Shown here in pieces: positions 28,846 through 37,834 of a DNA stretch of 64,000 nt (the stretch's first letter is position 1; each line of letters opens with the position of its first letter). The position numbers and the translations under genes were made by a program. Source of the DNA: Candidatus Saccharimonadota bacterium (GTDB taxonomy: Bacteria; Patescibacteriota; Saccharimonadia; Saccharimonadales; Saccharimonadaceae); the NCBI GenBank assembly GCA_013333135.2, contig JABCPJ020000004.1, positions 11,485 through 75,484 on the forward strand. Reading direction: 5' to 3'. The notes below the pieces were generated by a model, which ran no database searches, was not told the DNA's origin, and worked only from the letters and a program-made list of their open reading frames with translations.

Positions 28846-29562
28846 TTACGCTTCACATTCCACTACAGAAAATCCGTAACCTAGCGCCATCTGGATGCAA
28901 TTTTCATCATTGAAATGCATACAATAAATCCGCTTTCTTAAATCTTCCGGCACTACCATCGCCAAGTTTCCCACAAATAAATGTGCCCCGTTCGAATTCT
29001 TCACCGAAGTCACGTCGATATAAGCCCGCGCGATCTGCACCCCTTCACTCAGAAGATAATGCAAGTTCTTAATTTCCTTCGTATCGCCCGAATAATATAC
29101 CAGACCATCCTTTGTGGTAAAAATCAGACCGAAACTCATCAGCTCCGCACAATGCCAAGTTTTCACATAACGTACTCCCGAGAAAGTCTTAAACTTCTCA
29201 TCATACTGCGTATCTTGCACCAGATCATACATCTCTTCTGTACAACCAAAACCCTGCAAAATCTGCTCAATCGTTTTTACGTATTCATCATTATCCGGCA
29301 AAATAATTTTCAGCGGTCGATGCAATACAAGATACAAATAAGTCACCAGACTTCCCAGACTGCCGATATGATCCGAATGCGTATGGGTAATCATCAAACT
29401 CACTGCCCTCACTCTGCCCAGCAAACTCTTTTGCTTCAACTTCGCGAACACATCCTCTCCGCAATCAATCAGAAACAACTGATCATCCTCGATGAAATAC
29501 GCTGCCGTATTCCCCTCTTTTACGTTAAATGCCGAGCCTCTGCCCAAAAATTTTAGTTCCAT
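28846..29562 (-). CDS. MBL-fold metallohydrolase, RNase Z-like
   Basis: FLGRGSAF; LIDCG; THTHSDH; YSGDT; CMH. Confidence 0.82.
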   Translation of the reverse strand: MELKFLGRGSAFNVKEGNTAAYFIEDDQLFLIDCGEDVFAKLKQKSLLGRVRAVSLMITHTHSDHIGSLGSLVTYLYLVLHRPLKIILPDNDEYVKTIEQILQGFGCTEEMYDLVQDTQYDEKFKTFSGVRYVKTWHCAELMSFGLIFTTKDGLVYYSGDTKEIKNLHYLLSEGVQIARAYIDVTSVKNSNGAHLFVGNLAMVVPEDLRKRIYCMHFNDENCIQMALGYGFSVVECEA

Positions 29563-29691
29563 ATCCCCCTCCTTCGAATTTTCTAAAGTTTAAAGTACTC
29601 GTAATCTTAACTTACGCTTATAGAATATTGTAATAAAAATCACTAAAAAGTCCACCCCTGTTTCCAGAGGTGGATTCCTAATTAGCCTCAC

Positions 29692-30807
29692 TTAAGATTC
29701 TTGGCGATCGATTTTGATTAATTCTTTGACCTTCCCAGAATCTCGAATTTCCTTCATTTGCCTATCAAATTCCGTGAACGAAATTTTGATCGAAGTATAA
29801 TTCACCGTCGAATCAGTTTTCGCCACCAATTTCACAAAATAGAAACCATCCCCCGAGCTAGAAACAAATTTATCCGAAATTTCCCCCGTGTTTAGACTCA
29901 TCGCCTTTAGTGATCTGCCACCATCCACGTTCATCTTATCGACTAGTCCACCGGTTTCTTCATAAAGCACCTTATCGCCCAGCTCTTCCGAAATTGCCTT
30001 CAAATCTTTTCCGGATTTAATCAAAGCTTCTACCTGCGCCGCAAGCTGCACGGCATTCGTATCAATTGCCTGCGAAACTTTTTCTTTCACTAATGACAGA
30101 TAAATCATTCGACGATATTCCTTCATCGTCAAACCAAAATTATCTTCCAAAATCTTCTTAAATCCTTCTTCACTGCGTTCCACCCCACCAATTTTTCGGT
30201 GTTCCAAAATCGTTTCATCCACTTCCTTATCCGTCACCGTCAAATCATTTTCTTTCGCCAATTTCAAGGCCCAAGCATAATTCTCTGCCTCATCCAGCGC
30301 CAAGCGCTTATAATGCTGCTCCATAAAATCATTATCTTTCGCATTATCTAGCTTACCCTGTTGTTTTTCAATCGGCGTAATCGTACTATGATAAATCAAA
30401 AGATAATCCGAATAACGCACATCCGCGCCGTTTACATTGGCCACCGATACTGGCAAAAGTTGAGTCAAACGATAAAGAATCGGATTCGTACTTTGCCATT
30501 TATAAAGCATAAAATAACCTGCCCCCGAAGCCAAAACCACCGCCATCACTGACAAAATAATCGTCACTGTCACCACGCGATATTTCGCATATTGCATTGG
30601 ATATTTGAACTTACGTCCCTTTGAAAGCACCTCTTCACGGCGCTCTTCCACCTTTTCTAATTCTGTCTTGTTCTTGAATTCTTCAATCTTTTTTTGTTCG
30701 CGTTTCTGCTTCATTTTCGCCACGATTGAAAGTCTCTTCTCTTTTACAGCGTCGGTTTCGTTTATTATCGTTTTATCCACTTCGTTTTCTAATTTAGCTT
30801 TGCTCAT
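29692..30807 (-). CDS. SurA/PrsA-like membrane-anchored foldase
   Basis: TM anchor; VANVNG; LTVTDKEVD; GEISD..GDGFYFVKL. Confidence 0.7.
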   Translation of the reverse strand: MSKAKLENEVDKTIINETDAVKEKRLSIVAKMKQKREQKKIEEFKNKTELEKVEERREEVLSKGRKFKYPMQYAKYRVVTVTIILSVMAVVLASGAGYFMLYKWQSTNPILYRLTQLLPVSVANVNGADVRYSDYLLIYHSTITPIEKQQGKLDNAKDNDFMEQHYKRLALDEAENYAWALKLAKENDLTVTDKEVDETILEHRKIGGVERSEEGFKKILEDNFGLTMKEYRRMIYLSLVKEKVSQAIDTNAVQLAAQVEALIKSGKDLKAISEELGDKVLYEETGGLVDKMNVDGGRSLKAMSLNTGEISDKFVSSSGDGFYFVKLVAKTDSTVNYTSIKISFTEFDRQMKEIRDSGKVKELIKIDRQES

Positions 30808-30810
30808 TTC

Positions 30811-31290
30811 CTATTTCTCATTAATTAGATTTTGTAAATCGTTATAAATTTTTTCCGAATTTTTCACCATCGATATCACCAAATCCCCCACCGCTGTTTG
30901 AATTACAATCGTGCCATACCCCATTAGTCCCGCCCGAATGCCACTCACACCATAAGAAATACTTTGAATCTTGTCCAACCCCAAGTCTACCACTGATTTT
31001 TTGAACAAACCACGTTGCGAAATCTGACGAATCCGCTGATTAGTCACGATATAAATCGAAAAATACCATAGCATGTAAGAATATAAGAAACCCAAAATCC
31101 CCACCAAAATCAACGCCAAGAAAGTCTCAAAAATCATCATATTATTTGGCCAAAGTAAAGTTAACCCCACCCCGATCATAATCATCAAAATTAAAAATAT
31201 CACACCGGACTTTACCGTTAAAAAATGGCGTCGGAACACAAACTGCACCTCTTCGCCTTCTCTCTGACCATCAAAAATCATTTTTCTCAT
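30811..31290 (-). CDS. Bacterial PH-domain membrane protein
   Basis: VTNQRI..GLF..LDKIQ..YGTIVIQTA. Confidence 0.8.
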   Translation of the reverse strand: MRKMIFDGQREGEEVQFVFRRHFLTVKSGVIFLILMIMIGVGLTLLWPNNMMIFETFLALILVGILGFLYSYMLWYFSIYIVTNQRIRQISQRGLFKKSVVDLGLDKIQSISYGVSGIRAGLMGYGTIVIQTAVGDLVISMVKNSEKIYNDLQNLINEK

Positions 31291-31297
31291 ACGTATT

Positions 31298-31373
31298 TGG
31301 TGACCCGGGCGGGAGTCGAACTCGCAACCTTCTCCTTAGGACGGAGCCGCTCTATCCATTGAGCTACCAGGCC
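31298..31373 (-). tRNA. tRNA-Arg(CCT)
   Basis: Cloverleaf; loop GTCCTAA; CCA. Confidence 0.93.
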
Positions 31374-31481
31374 ATACCTAAATTATACCATATTCGACCT
31401 CACGACTATTTTTGATAACCATAGAGATTAACTAAGACTTTTTAGTAAAATAACCTAGGAATTGTTATATAACTTCATAGT

Positions 31482-32276
31482 TTAGTTGTTATGAGGAACA
31501 TCGTTTTCCAAAAATGGATTAACTAAATCCATCCACTCCAAAGGCAAATAAATAGATAGATAACCATGATTATATCCTTTCGCTTCATACAAAGTACAAT
31601 TGGGATGCATTTTTTGAAATAGCTTAGCCGATTCCTTAACGCAGCCCATTTCTTTTTCACCATAAATATATAGAACCTGCGCTTTACTTTCTGCAATAGA
31701 ATGTTTAAGCCTATATTCTCCCATATATGTTTGATATATCGTCACCAATGTTTTAATCGGCGTCCTTGGCATATCCTCCATATAATGGTCTTCTATTTCT
31801 TTCGGATAAGCCATATTGGGATACATTTTTTTCATTAAACTCAACTGGATTTTACATGCGTATTTGCTAAACATAAGTTTTCCAAATAATTTTACAATAA
31901 TCGTACTAACTCTTGCCAGCCTGGGTTGAGGAATACAAATACTACCATCTATTATTGCTTTCTGAGCTATATCGCTTTTTAGTGATAATAACTCAATAGC
32001 AATTTGACCTCCCAAAGAAACACCTCCCACAGCAAACAATTTTCCATCGCAATTATTTTTTATATAGTCCATAATTTGATGTGCGGAATTTTCAGTTGAA
32101 ATATACTCTTTTTGATATTCTTCTCCATGACCATCAAGTGTTGGTAAGATCACATGATATTTATCGGATAACATACGAGCTTGCCGAAGATAATTCCACC
32201 AGGAATTACCTCCGCCGTGTATCAATAATATATGTGGAAATTTTTTATCACCAAATTCATGAAATATCATATTCAA
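31482..32276 (-). CDS. Alpha/beta hydrolase (AT-rich, Firmicutes-like)
   Basis: LIHGGG; LDGHG; GVSLGG nucleophile motif; C-terminal HG. Confidence 0.88.
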   Translation of the reverse strand: MNMIFHEFGDKKFPHILLIHGGGNSWWNYLRQARMLSDKYHVILPTLDGHGEEYQKEYISTENSAHQIMDYIKNNCDGKLFAVGGVSLGGQIAIELLSLKSDIAQKAIIDGSICIPQPRLARVSTIIVKLFGKLMFSKYACKIQLSLMKKMYPNMAYPKEIEDHYMEDMPRTPIKTLVTIYQTYMGEYRLKHSIAESKAQVLYIYGEKEMGCVKESAKLFQKMHPNCTLYEAKGYNHGYLSIYLPLEWMDLVNPFLENDVPHNN

Positions 32277-32299
32277 AAACCTCTACAAACTCAAATCTG

Positions 32300-32917
32300 T
32301 TAACTAATAAGTTTACTCGCTAACTTATACACTTGATTTATTTCTTTGCTTTCTAACTTCCAGTTGCAGAGTTCAGCTTTAATTAACTCTGGAAATTTTT
32401 TACTAATATCTCTTAAAGCATTCCCTACCGATTTTCTGACATATTCACTCGTATCTTCTTTTAATGCCGCAATTCGCCTGATAGCTTCATTCGGATTATC
32501 TTTGAAATATGGTCTGTTCGTCCATATTCTTAGTCCTTCTATAACTGCTCTCCTTGTATTAGGATTATTATTTTTTAACCATTCATTAATTATTGGAAGT
32601 GCTTTTTCATATCCTATTTTCTTGCAAAATTCATCAAATGCCTTTGCCAATACTTCTTGAACTCTCCAATTATCATCTTTGGAAACTTCATCTCTCATAA
32701 ATGCTAAAACATCATTTTGTTCTGATAAATACCCACAGAGAAATATACTGTACATTCTAACTTGATACACATTAGATTTATAGGCTAGAAATGCCAATTT
32801 CTTAACATATTCATTATCATTTGATTTATAATCTGTTAAAGCTCTTTTTTCTTCCTCTTTGAAACCATTTTCTATTAAAGAAAATTCTTTTTCCAAACTT
32901 AAAATATATTCTTTCAT
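32300..32917 (-). CDS. HEAT-repeat/DNA alkylation repair-like protein (AT-rich)
   Basis: DDNWRVQEVLAKAFD; RRAVIEGLRIWT; EYVRKSVGNALRDISK. Confidence 0.8.
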   Translation of the reverse strand: MKEYILSLEKEFSLIENGFKEEEKRALTDYKSNDNEYVKKLAFLAYKSNVYQVRMYSIFLCGYLSEQNDVLAFMRDEVSKDDNWRVQEVLAKAFDEFCKKIGYEKALPIINEWLKNNNPNTRRAVIEGLRIWTNRPYFKDNPNEAIRRIAALKEDTSEYVRKSVGNALRDISKKFPELIKAELCNWKLESKEINQVYKLASKLIS

Positions 32918-33750
32918 ATAGACTCGCCTCCCCTCAAAACCTCCACCACTTTCGCCAACAGAAACGCCATCACATTAAAAATTACAATCGTCGCGCCGGT
33001 CGGCGTGGCCACAAAATACGAAAAGATAATTCCCATTACCATACAGAATACCGAAACGACCACTGAGCTAAAAACTACCGCCTTAAAACTTTTCACCACC
33101 TGCATCGCCGTCACCGTCGGGAAAATAATTAAACTCGAAATCAGAAGCGCCCCCACCAGTCGCATTCCCAGCACCACTATCACCGCACATAAAGTCGCAA
33201 AAATTGTATTTAATCGCTCAGTCTTCAGTCCAATCGATTTAGCAAAATTCTCATCAAACGTCATCGCGAAAATCTCATGATATTTCACGATAAAGAATAA
33301 AATCACCACAATCGAGAAAATCACTCCCACCACCACATCGAGATCATCCAGTGCCAGAATACTGCCAAATAAATAATTATTAATATCTGTATTCACCCCC
33401 TTTACCACCGAGATTACCAAAGTTCCCACCGCCAGCGCCCCTGCCGAAAGCATCGCAATTAAAGCATCCGCGTCCACCTTACTTTTCTGATTCACTTGCA
33501 AAATCAAAATCGCCGCCAAAATCACTATCGGCAACGCAAACTGTAGCGGCATCACGCCAATCACCGTCGCAATCGCAAACGCGCCGAACCCCACATGTGA
33601 AAGCCCATCACCAATCATCGCCTTTCGTCTCAAAACCAAGGACACCCCGATCAGTCCTGCCGTCACCGCCAGCACTACCCCCACCACCAAAGCTTTCACC
33701 ATAAACTGGTACTGCCACATTTCCAGAAACTTTTCCAAAATTCCGTTCAT
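32914..33750 (-). CDS. znuB: Zn/Mn ABC transporter permease
   Basis: GDGLSHVGF; YLFGSIL; VGALLISSL. Confidence 0.88.
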   Translation of the reverse strand: MNGILEKFLEMWQYQFMVKALVVGVVLAVTAGLIGVSLVLRRKAMIGDGLSHVGFGAFAIATVIGVMPLQFALPIVILAAILILQVNQKSKVDADALIAMLSAGALAVGTLVISVVKGVNTDINNYLFGSILALDDLDVVVGVIFSIVVILFFIVKYHEIFAMTFDENFAKSIGLKTERLNTIFATLCAVIVVLGMRLVGALLISSLIIFPTVTAMQVVKSFKAVVFSSVVVSVFCMVMGIIFSYFVATPTGATIVIFNVMAFLLAKVVEVLRGGESI

Positions 33751-33759
33751 CACCACCTC

Positions 33760-34467
33760 CTATTTCCCCTCACCTTCGCTATGGTCATGGCGATGAATTC
33801 TTTTCACATATTCTTCCGTAGTTTCCATCGTCGCCACCCCGTCCGCTAGCGCCAAAATTTTATTCCCCACCAAATTCTGATGATCGAGATCGTGCGTAAT
33901 CATCACCACTGTAATTCCCTGCGCATTTAATTTCAAAAGCTCTGCGTATAATTCCTTCTTCGATTTCGAATCCAAATTATTTCCCGGCTCATCCAAAATC
34001 AATAATTTCTTCGTTGCTACCACCGCCCGTGCTAGCCAAATTTTCTGTCTCTGTCCACCCGAAAGCTCCGCAAAATGTTTCTTCAACAATTTTTTCATAC
34101 CAAATTTCGCGAGCGCTTCCTCGCATTTTTTCTTATCACTCTTCGTATAGAAAATTCCCCGCTTTTGATTCAAAAGCCCACTTAAAACAATCTCTTCCAC
34201 TGTCGCCGGAAAATTTGCCATCGTCACTGTTTCCTGCGAAATGTAGCCAATCTCTTTGCGACTCATCCCAAGAAATTCCACACTTCCAAAACTCGGCTCT
34301 ATTAATCCCAAAATCGTCTTAATTAAAGTGGTTTTCCCGGCCCCATTACAGCCAACCAAGCAGATAAAATCTTCCGCCAAAATTTCAAAATTAATCTTCC
34401 GAAACACCGGCGTTTTCGCGTATTCTACGCTCAAGTTTTTTACTACAATGATTGGCTGTTTTTCCAT
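33760..34467 (-). CDS. znuC: Zn/Mn ABC transporter ATPase
   Basis: GCNGAGKTT; LSGGQRQK; LDEP; THDL. Confidence 0.88.
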   Translation of the reverse strand: MEKQPIIVVKNLSVEYAKTPVFRKINFEILAEDFICLVGCNGAGKTTLIKTILGLIEPSFGSVEFLGMSRKEIGYISQETVTMANFPATVEEIVLSGLLNQKRGIFYTKSDKKKCEEALAKFGMKKLLKKHFAELSGGQRQKIWLARAVVATKKLLILDEPGNNLDSKSKKELYAELLKLNAQGITVVMITHDLDHQNLVGNKILALADGVATMETTEEYVKRIHRHDHSEGEGK

Positions 34468-34474
34468 AAAAATC

Positions 34475-35548
34475 CTATTTACTTAGAGCCAATAGATTAC
34501 GCTTCATCAAATCTACGTAAGTCACACCTTTCGAAAAATCATCCGCCGTCACATTATGTGCCGAATGTAATTCCAAAACTTCCGCGCCCGTATCTTTACT
34601 TACGGTTTCTGCAATCTTACCATTCGAAAGTTCAATCTTGTAAATTTTCTTAATCTTATCTTGCTTCACTTTGTTAATCAAAAAACTAATCGTCTTTGCA
34701 CTTGCCTCAGTTTGTTCTGAACAACCCGAAAAAGCTGCCGCATACTTCAAGCCGAATTCATCAGCAAAATAACGGAATGGAAAACGATCCGCCACCACGA
34801 TTTCTGAGATTTTACCATCAATCGCTTGATGTAAATCCTTATCTACCTGCGCAATTTCCGCCACATATTTTTCGGCATTATCGTCAATCTTATTTTTCTC
34901 CGCAACATCAATTTCGGAAGCCACTTCTGCGATTTTCTTCACGATTTCCATCGCCTTTTTCGGACTCGTCCAAACATGCTCGTCAATTTCTGGACCCTCT
35001 TCTTCTTCGTCATGGTCATGCTTATGCGCATGCGACCCGTGATCGTGGTCATGTTTATGGTCGTGATCATGGTCGTGGTCGTGGTCGTGGTCGTGATCGT
35101 GATCGTGTTTTACATGATCGTGGTCGTGGTCATGCTCATGCTCATCCTCATCTTCCATTCCTTCCACGATTTCTTCTTCCACCGTTGACACAAGATCAAC
35201 TAATTTCACCACATGGGTCTTTTTCGTATCTACGTCCTTCAAAATCTTTTTTACCCAAGTATCTGAATCTCCCCCCACATAGATAAACATATCCGCATTC
35301 TTAATATCGATAATATCCTGCGGTGTTGGCTCATAGGTATGGGTTTCCGCTCCTGGCTTCACCAACATTTTTGTACTGATATTCGTATTTTTTGTCACCG
35401 CCCTGGCAAAATCATATCCCGGAAAACTCGTCGATACGACTGAATACTTTTTTTGTTCAAACTTTTCTCGGTTTAATACCAAGAAAGCCAATAATCCCAC
35501 CACCAAAACTAGGCCAAAAATCGCCCATAACTTTTTCAAATTTTTCAT
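34475..35548 (-). CDS. znuA: Zn ABC substrate-binding protein with long His/Asp loop
   Basis: ETHTYEPTP; (HD)n loop; DEHVWTSP; FPFRYF. Confidence 0.9.
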   Translation of the reverse strand: MKNLKKLWAIFGLVLVVGLLAFLVLNREKFEQKKYSVVSTSFPGYDFARAVTKNTNISTKMLVKPGAETHTYEPTPQDIIDIKNADMFIYVGGDSDTWVKKILKDVDTKKTHVVKLVDLVSTVEEEIVEGMEDEDEHEHDHDHDHVKHDHDHDHDHDHDHDHDHKHDHDHGSHAHKHDHDEEEEGPEIDEHVWTSPKKAMEIVKKIAEVASEIDVAEKNKIDDNAEKYVAEIAQVDKDLHQAIDGKISEIVVADRFPFRYFADEFGLKYAAAFSGCSEQTEASAKTISFLINKVKQDKIKKIYKIELSNGKIAETVSKDTGAEVLELHSAHNVTADDFSKGVTYVDLMKRNLLALSK

Positions 35549-35589
35549 TTTTACTCCTTATTCTACTATTAAAAATCTGAGTAAAAAAT

Positions 35590-35775
35590 TTAATTAATCA
35601 AACAATTCCCCCGTGAAATTTCATTCACTCCACGTTTATCTAAAAGTCTCAAATGAAAAATCCGAAACAAACATCGTGCACAAATCGAAAACCTTGGCAA
35701 AGCACTGAAAATACGGGAAGCTTCTTTTTTACTCCCGCATTCCACCGCATGTCCGCAAATTCGACAATGGTGCAT
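35590..35775 (-). CDS. Putative small C4 zinc-finger protein
   Basis: CRIC...CARC; ATG 1 nt after the upstream stop codon. Confidence 0.5.
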   Translation of the reverse strand: MHHCRICGHAVECGSKKEASRIFSALPRFSICARCLFRIFHLRLLDKRGVNEISRGNCLIN

Positions 35776-35776
35776 T

Positions 35777-36796
35777 TTAGCCTCTTGGTGGTTCGCCTTC
35801 CGGCTCGTTTAGTAATTTCTTTGACTTAATTTCGTAGCGCTTACCGTTAATTGGTGAAACATAATAATCTTCATTCAAAAGATTCACAAACATCGTCAAA
35901 TCCTTATCATCCATCATGATAATTGCACCATCATCGTCAGTCATCAGTTCCAACTTCATTTCATCGGCGTAATCTACTAGTTGCTCTTGCGACATTTGCT
36001 CCTCGATATCCATATCTTGTAGCTTCTTCACTAATGGTTTCTTGTCCATCAAAAGTGCATTCAAAGTCAAACCTTCCGCAAAAGAAAGTTTATATTTCTC
36101 TTCAATCTCTTTTGCCTTTGCCTCGGCTAACATTTGTGACTTAAAATCATACTGGAACAAATTTTCGAACTTCGTCTGATTAAAAATCACCACCGATCCA
36201 TCGACAAAGGCCACCTGATTATCATCTGGCATCTTCAAGGCCACCTCCGCAGAGAACGGCTCAAAGCTTTCCCCATTCAATTCCCAAGAAGTCTTCGCAT
36301 TTAAGGCTGAAGCCGCAGAAATTCCTTTCGCAATATAGAAAACTTTCGTTCCATCATCACCACCTGGATAAGAAAACTTCGCGATAATTCCCTTCATCTT
36401 CTTAAATTGGTGTTCATTATCCGTGAAATAATCGATGTCCTTATATTCTTTTTCAATTAAATTAAGCAGACTCTCGGCGCGCACCACTTTCGAAAGATCC
36501 GTACGATAGATCACCTTATCTTCACCGTCCGATTTTTCGTACTCACGGCATTCCAAACCTTTTTCCGCCCCCGAAATCACGTAAGCAATCGCTTCACCCA
36601 TAAACATTTGCTTCACCGAATTAGTTAATTTTTCAGAATAGCGAATCTTAAACGGTGTGTAGTTTTTATTGAACAAAAAAAGTTCACACGACACATTATT
36701 TTTTACTTCATCAAGTTCATTCGCCCACAAAAATACATCAAAATCATTCAATTTTCGAATTTCAGAGTTCGTAATTTCAGTCTTTTCGGAATCCAT
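35777..36796 (-). CDS. DUF4868/Kiwa KwaB-like domain protein
   Basis: Resemblance by eye: IFNQTKFENLFQY; FVNLLNEDYY.SP..G.RYE. Confidence 0.6.
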   Translation of the reverse strand: MDSEKTEITNSEIRKLNDFDVFLWANELDEVKNNVSCELFLFNKNYTPFKIRYSEKLTNSVKQMFMGEAIAYVISGAEKGLECREYEKSDGEDKVIYRTDLSKVVRAESLLNLIEKEYKDIDYFTDNEHQFKKMKGIIAKFSYPGGDDGTKVFYIAKGISAASALNAKTSWELNGESFEPFSAEVALKMPDDNQVAFVDGSVVIFNQTKFENLFQYDFKSQMLAEAKAKEIEEKYKLSFAEGLTLNALLMDKKPLVKKLQDMDIEEQMSQEQLVDYADEMKLELMTDDDGAIIMMDDKDLTMFVNLLNEDYYVSPINGKRYEIKSKKLLNEPEGEPPRG

Positions 36797-36832
36797 ATCA
36801 CCTCACTATTTTTCTATTAGTTTAGCACACTT

Positions 36833-37375
36833 TTACTTCGCTGTTTCGCCGTAAGTATCTTTTACTACCAAATCCGGCAAAATATTTAAGTCCATCATCA
36901 AAACTTCGATGCGGTTTCGTATTTCTTCGGCCTCTGATTCATTTTCCAAAACCGCCTCGAACTTAATATAAGATTTGCGGCCATGCTCGATTTGGTCAAG
37001 ATAAATCGTAATCCCGTTATCTAGCACCACTTCTTGACGTGTTCTCGAAACTTCTGATTGAATAATTAGTCCCATCTGCAACAAAATATTCGCCGCTTCT
37101 GCATAACTTGAAACCAAAGTTTCATGCACCAAATCAATCTTCGTTTTTTCGAGATGCCTCTTACAAATCAGGCTATAACGCGCCGGGCGATCCACTGCCT
37201 TCACGTCCATCCTTAGAATCATTCTGGCAAAATTATTGTGTTCTTCGTAATTTCGTGGCACAAAAATTCGCGAGTGTTGCCAGTACATTGGATCAAAATC
37301 ATAACCCAAATTCATCAAGCGATTCTCTAACTTATCGACGTCCTTAACTTCTGCTTTAACAATAATTTTTTTCAT
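36833..37375 (-). CDS. CYTH-domain protein
   Basis: VKAEV; ILR; LICK; RTRQ; IYLDQI; IKFE; C-terminal TYGE. Confidence 0.7.
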   Translation of the reverse strand: MKKIIVKAEVKDVDKLENRLMNLGYDFDPMYWQHSRIFVPRNYEEHNNFARMILRMDVKAVDRPARYSLICKRHLEKTKIDLVHETLVSSYAEAANILLQMGLIIQSEVSRTRQEVVLDNGITIYLDQIEHGRKSYIKFEAVLENESEAEEIRNRIEVLMMDLNILPDLVVKDTYGETAK

Positions 37376-37827
37376 TCTTCACTCGTTTCCACCGTTAAAA
37401 TTTCTAGACCCGGAAAGTTTTGGTTTTCTCGTGCTTTGTTCGCCCATTCGTCAGCCAACTCATTTTCCGCCGTACCGTTATGCCCGCGCACCCAGACCAA
37501 TTTCGCATTTGCTTCCCTGTAAGCTTTGAACACTTTTTTTACTAAACCTAAATTTTTAATTGGACCGCTCTTCTTTTTCCAACCATTCTTTTCCCAAGAC
37601 GGCGCCCATTTTGTTAGCACATTAATCCAAAATTCTGAGTCAGTCCAAATTTCCGCTTCCTCACCCGCTAATACCTTAAGCGCTTCCAGAATTGCCGAAC
37701 CTTCCATTCGAATATTTGTCGTCAAATCTTCTCGCCCCATCGCTACCGGTTTTTTGTCTTCAATTACAGAAAATCCCCCCGGTCCCGGATTCGGTGACGC
37801 ACTTCCATCTGTCCATAATTTTCTCAT
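37372..37827 (-). CDS. rnhA: Ribonuclease HI
   Basis: WTDGS..PNPGPGG; TTNIRME; TDS; WVRGH.G..ENELAD. Confidence 0.93.
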   Translation of the reverse strand: MRKLWTDGSASPNPGPGGFSVIEDKKPVAMGREDLTTNIRMEGSAILEALKVLAGEEAEIWTDSEFWINVLTKWAPSWEKNGWKKKSGPIKNLGLVKKVFKAYREANAKLVWVRGHNGTAENELADEWANKARENQNFPGLEILTVETSEE

Positions 37828-37834
37828 TTTGCCT

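Noticed and set aside
34696..35286. Antisense or alternate-frame ORFs (this one, 49239-49646, 10136-10675 and similar)
   Set aside because: Shadows of real genes caused by low-complexity sequence and strand-biased codon usage
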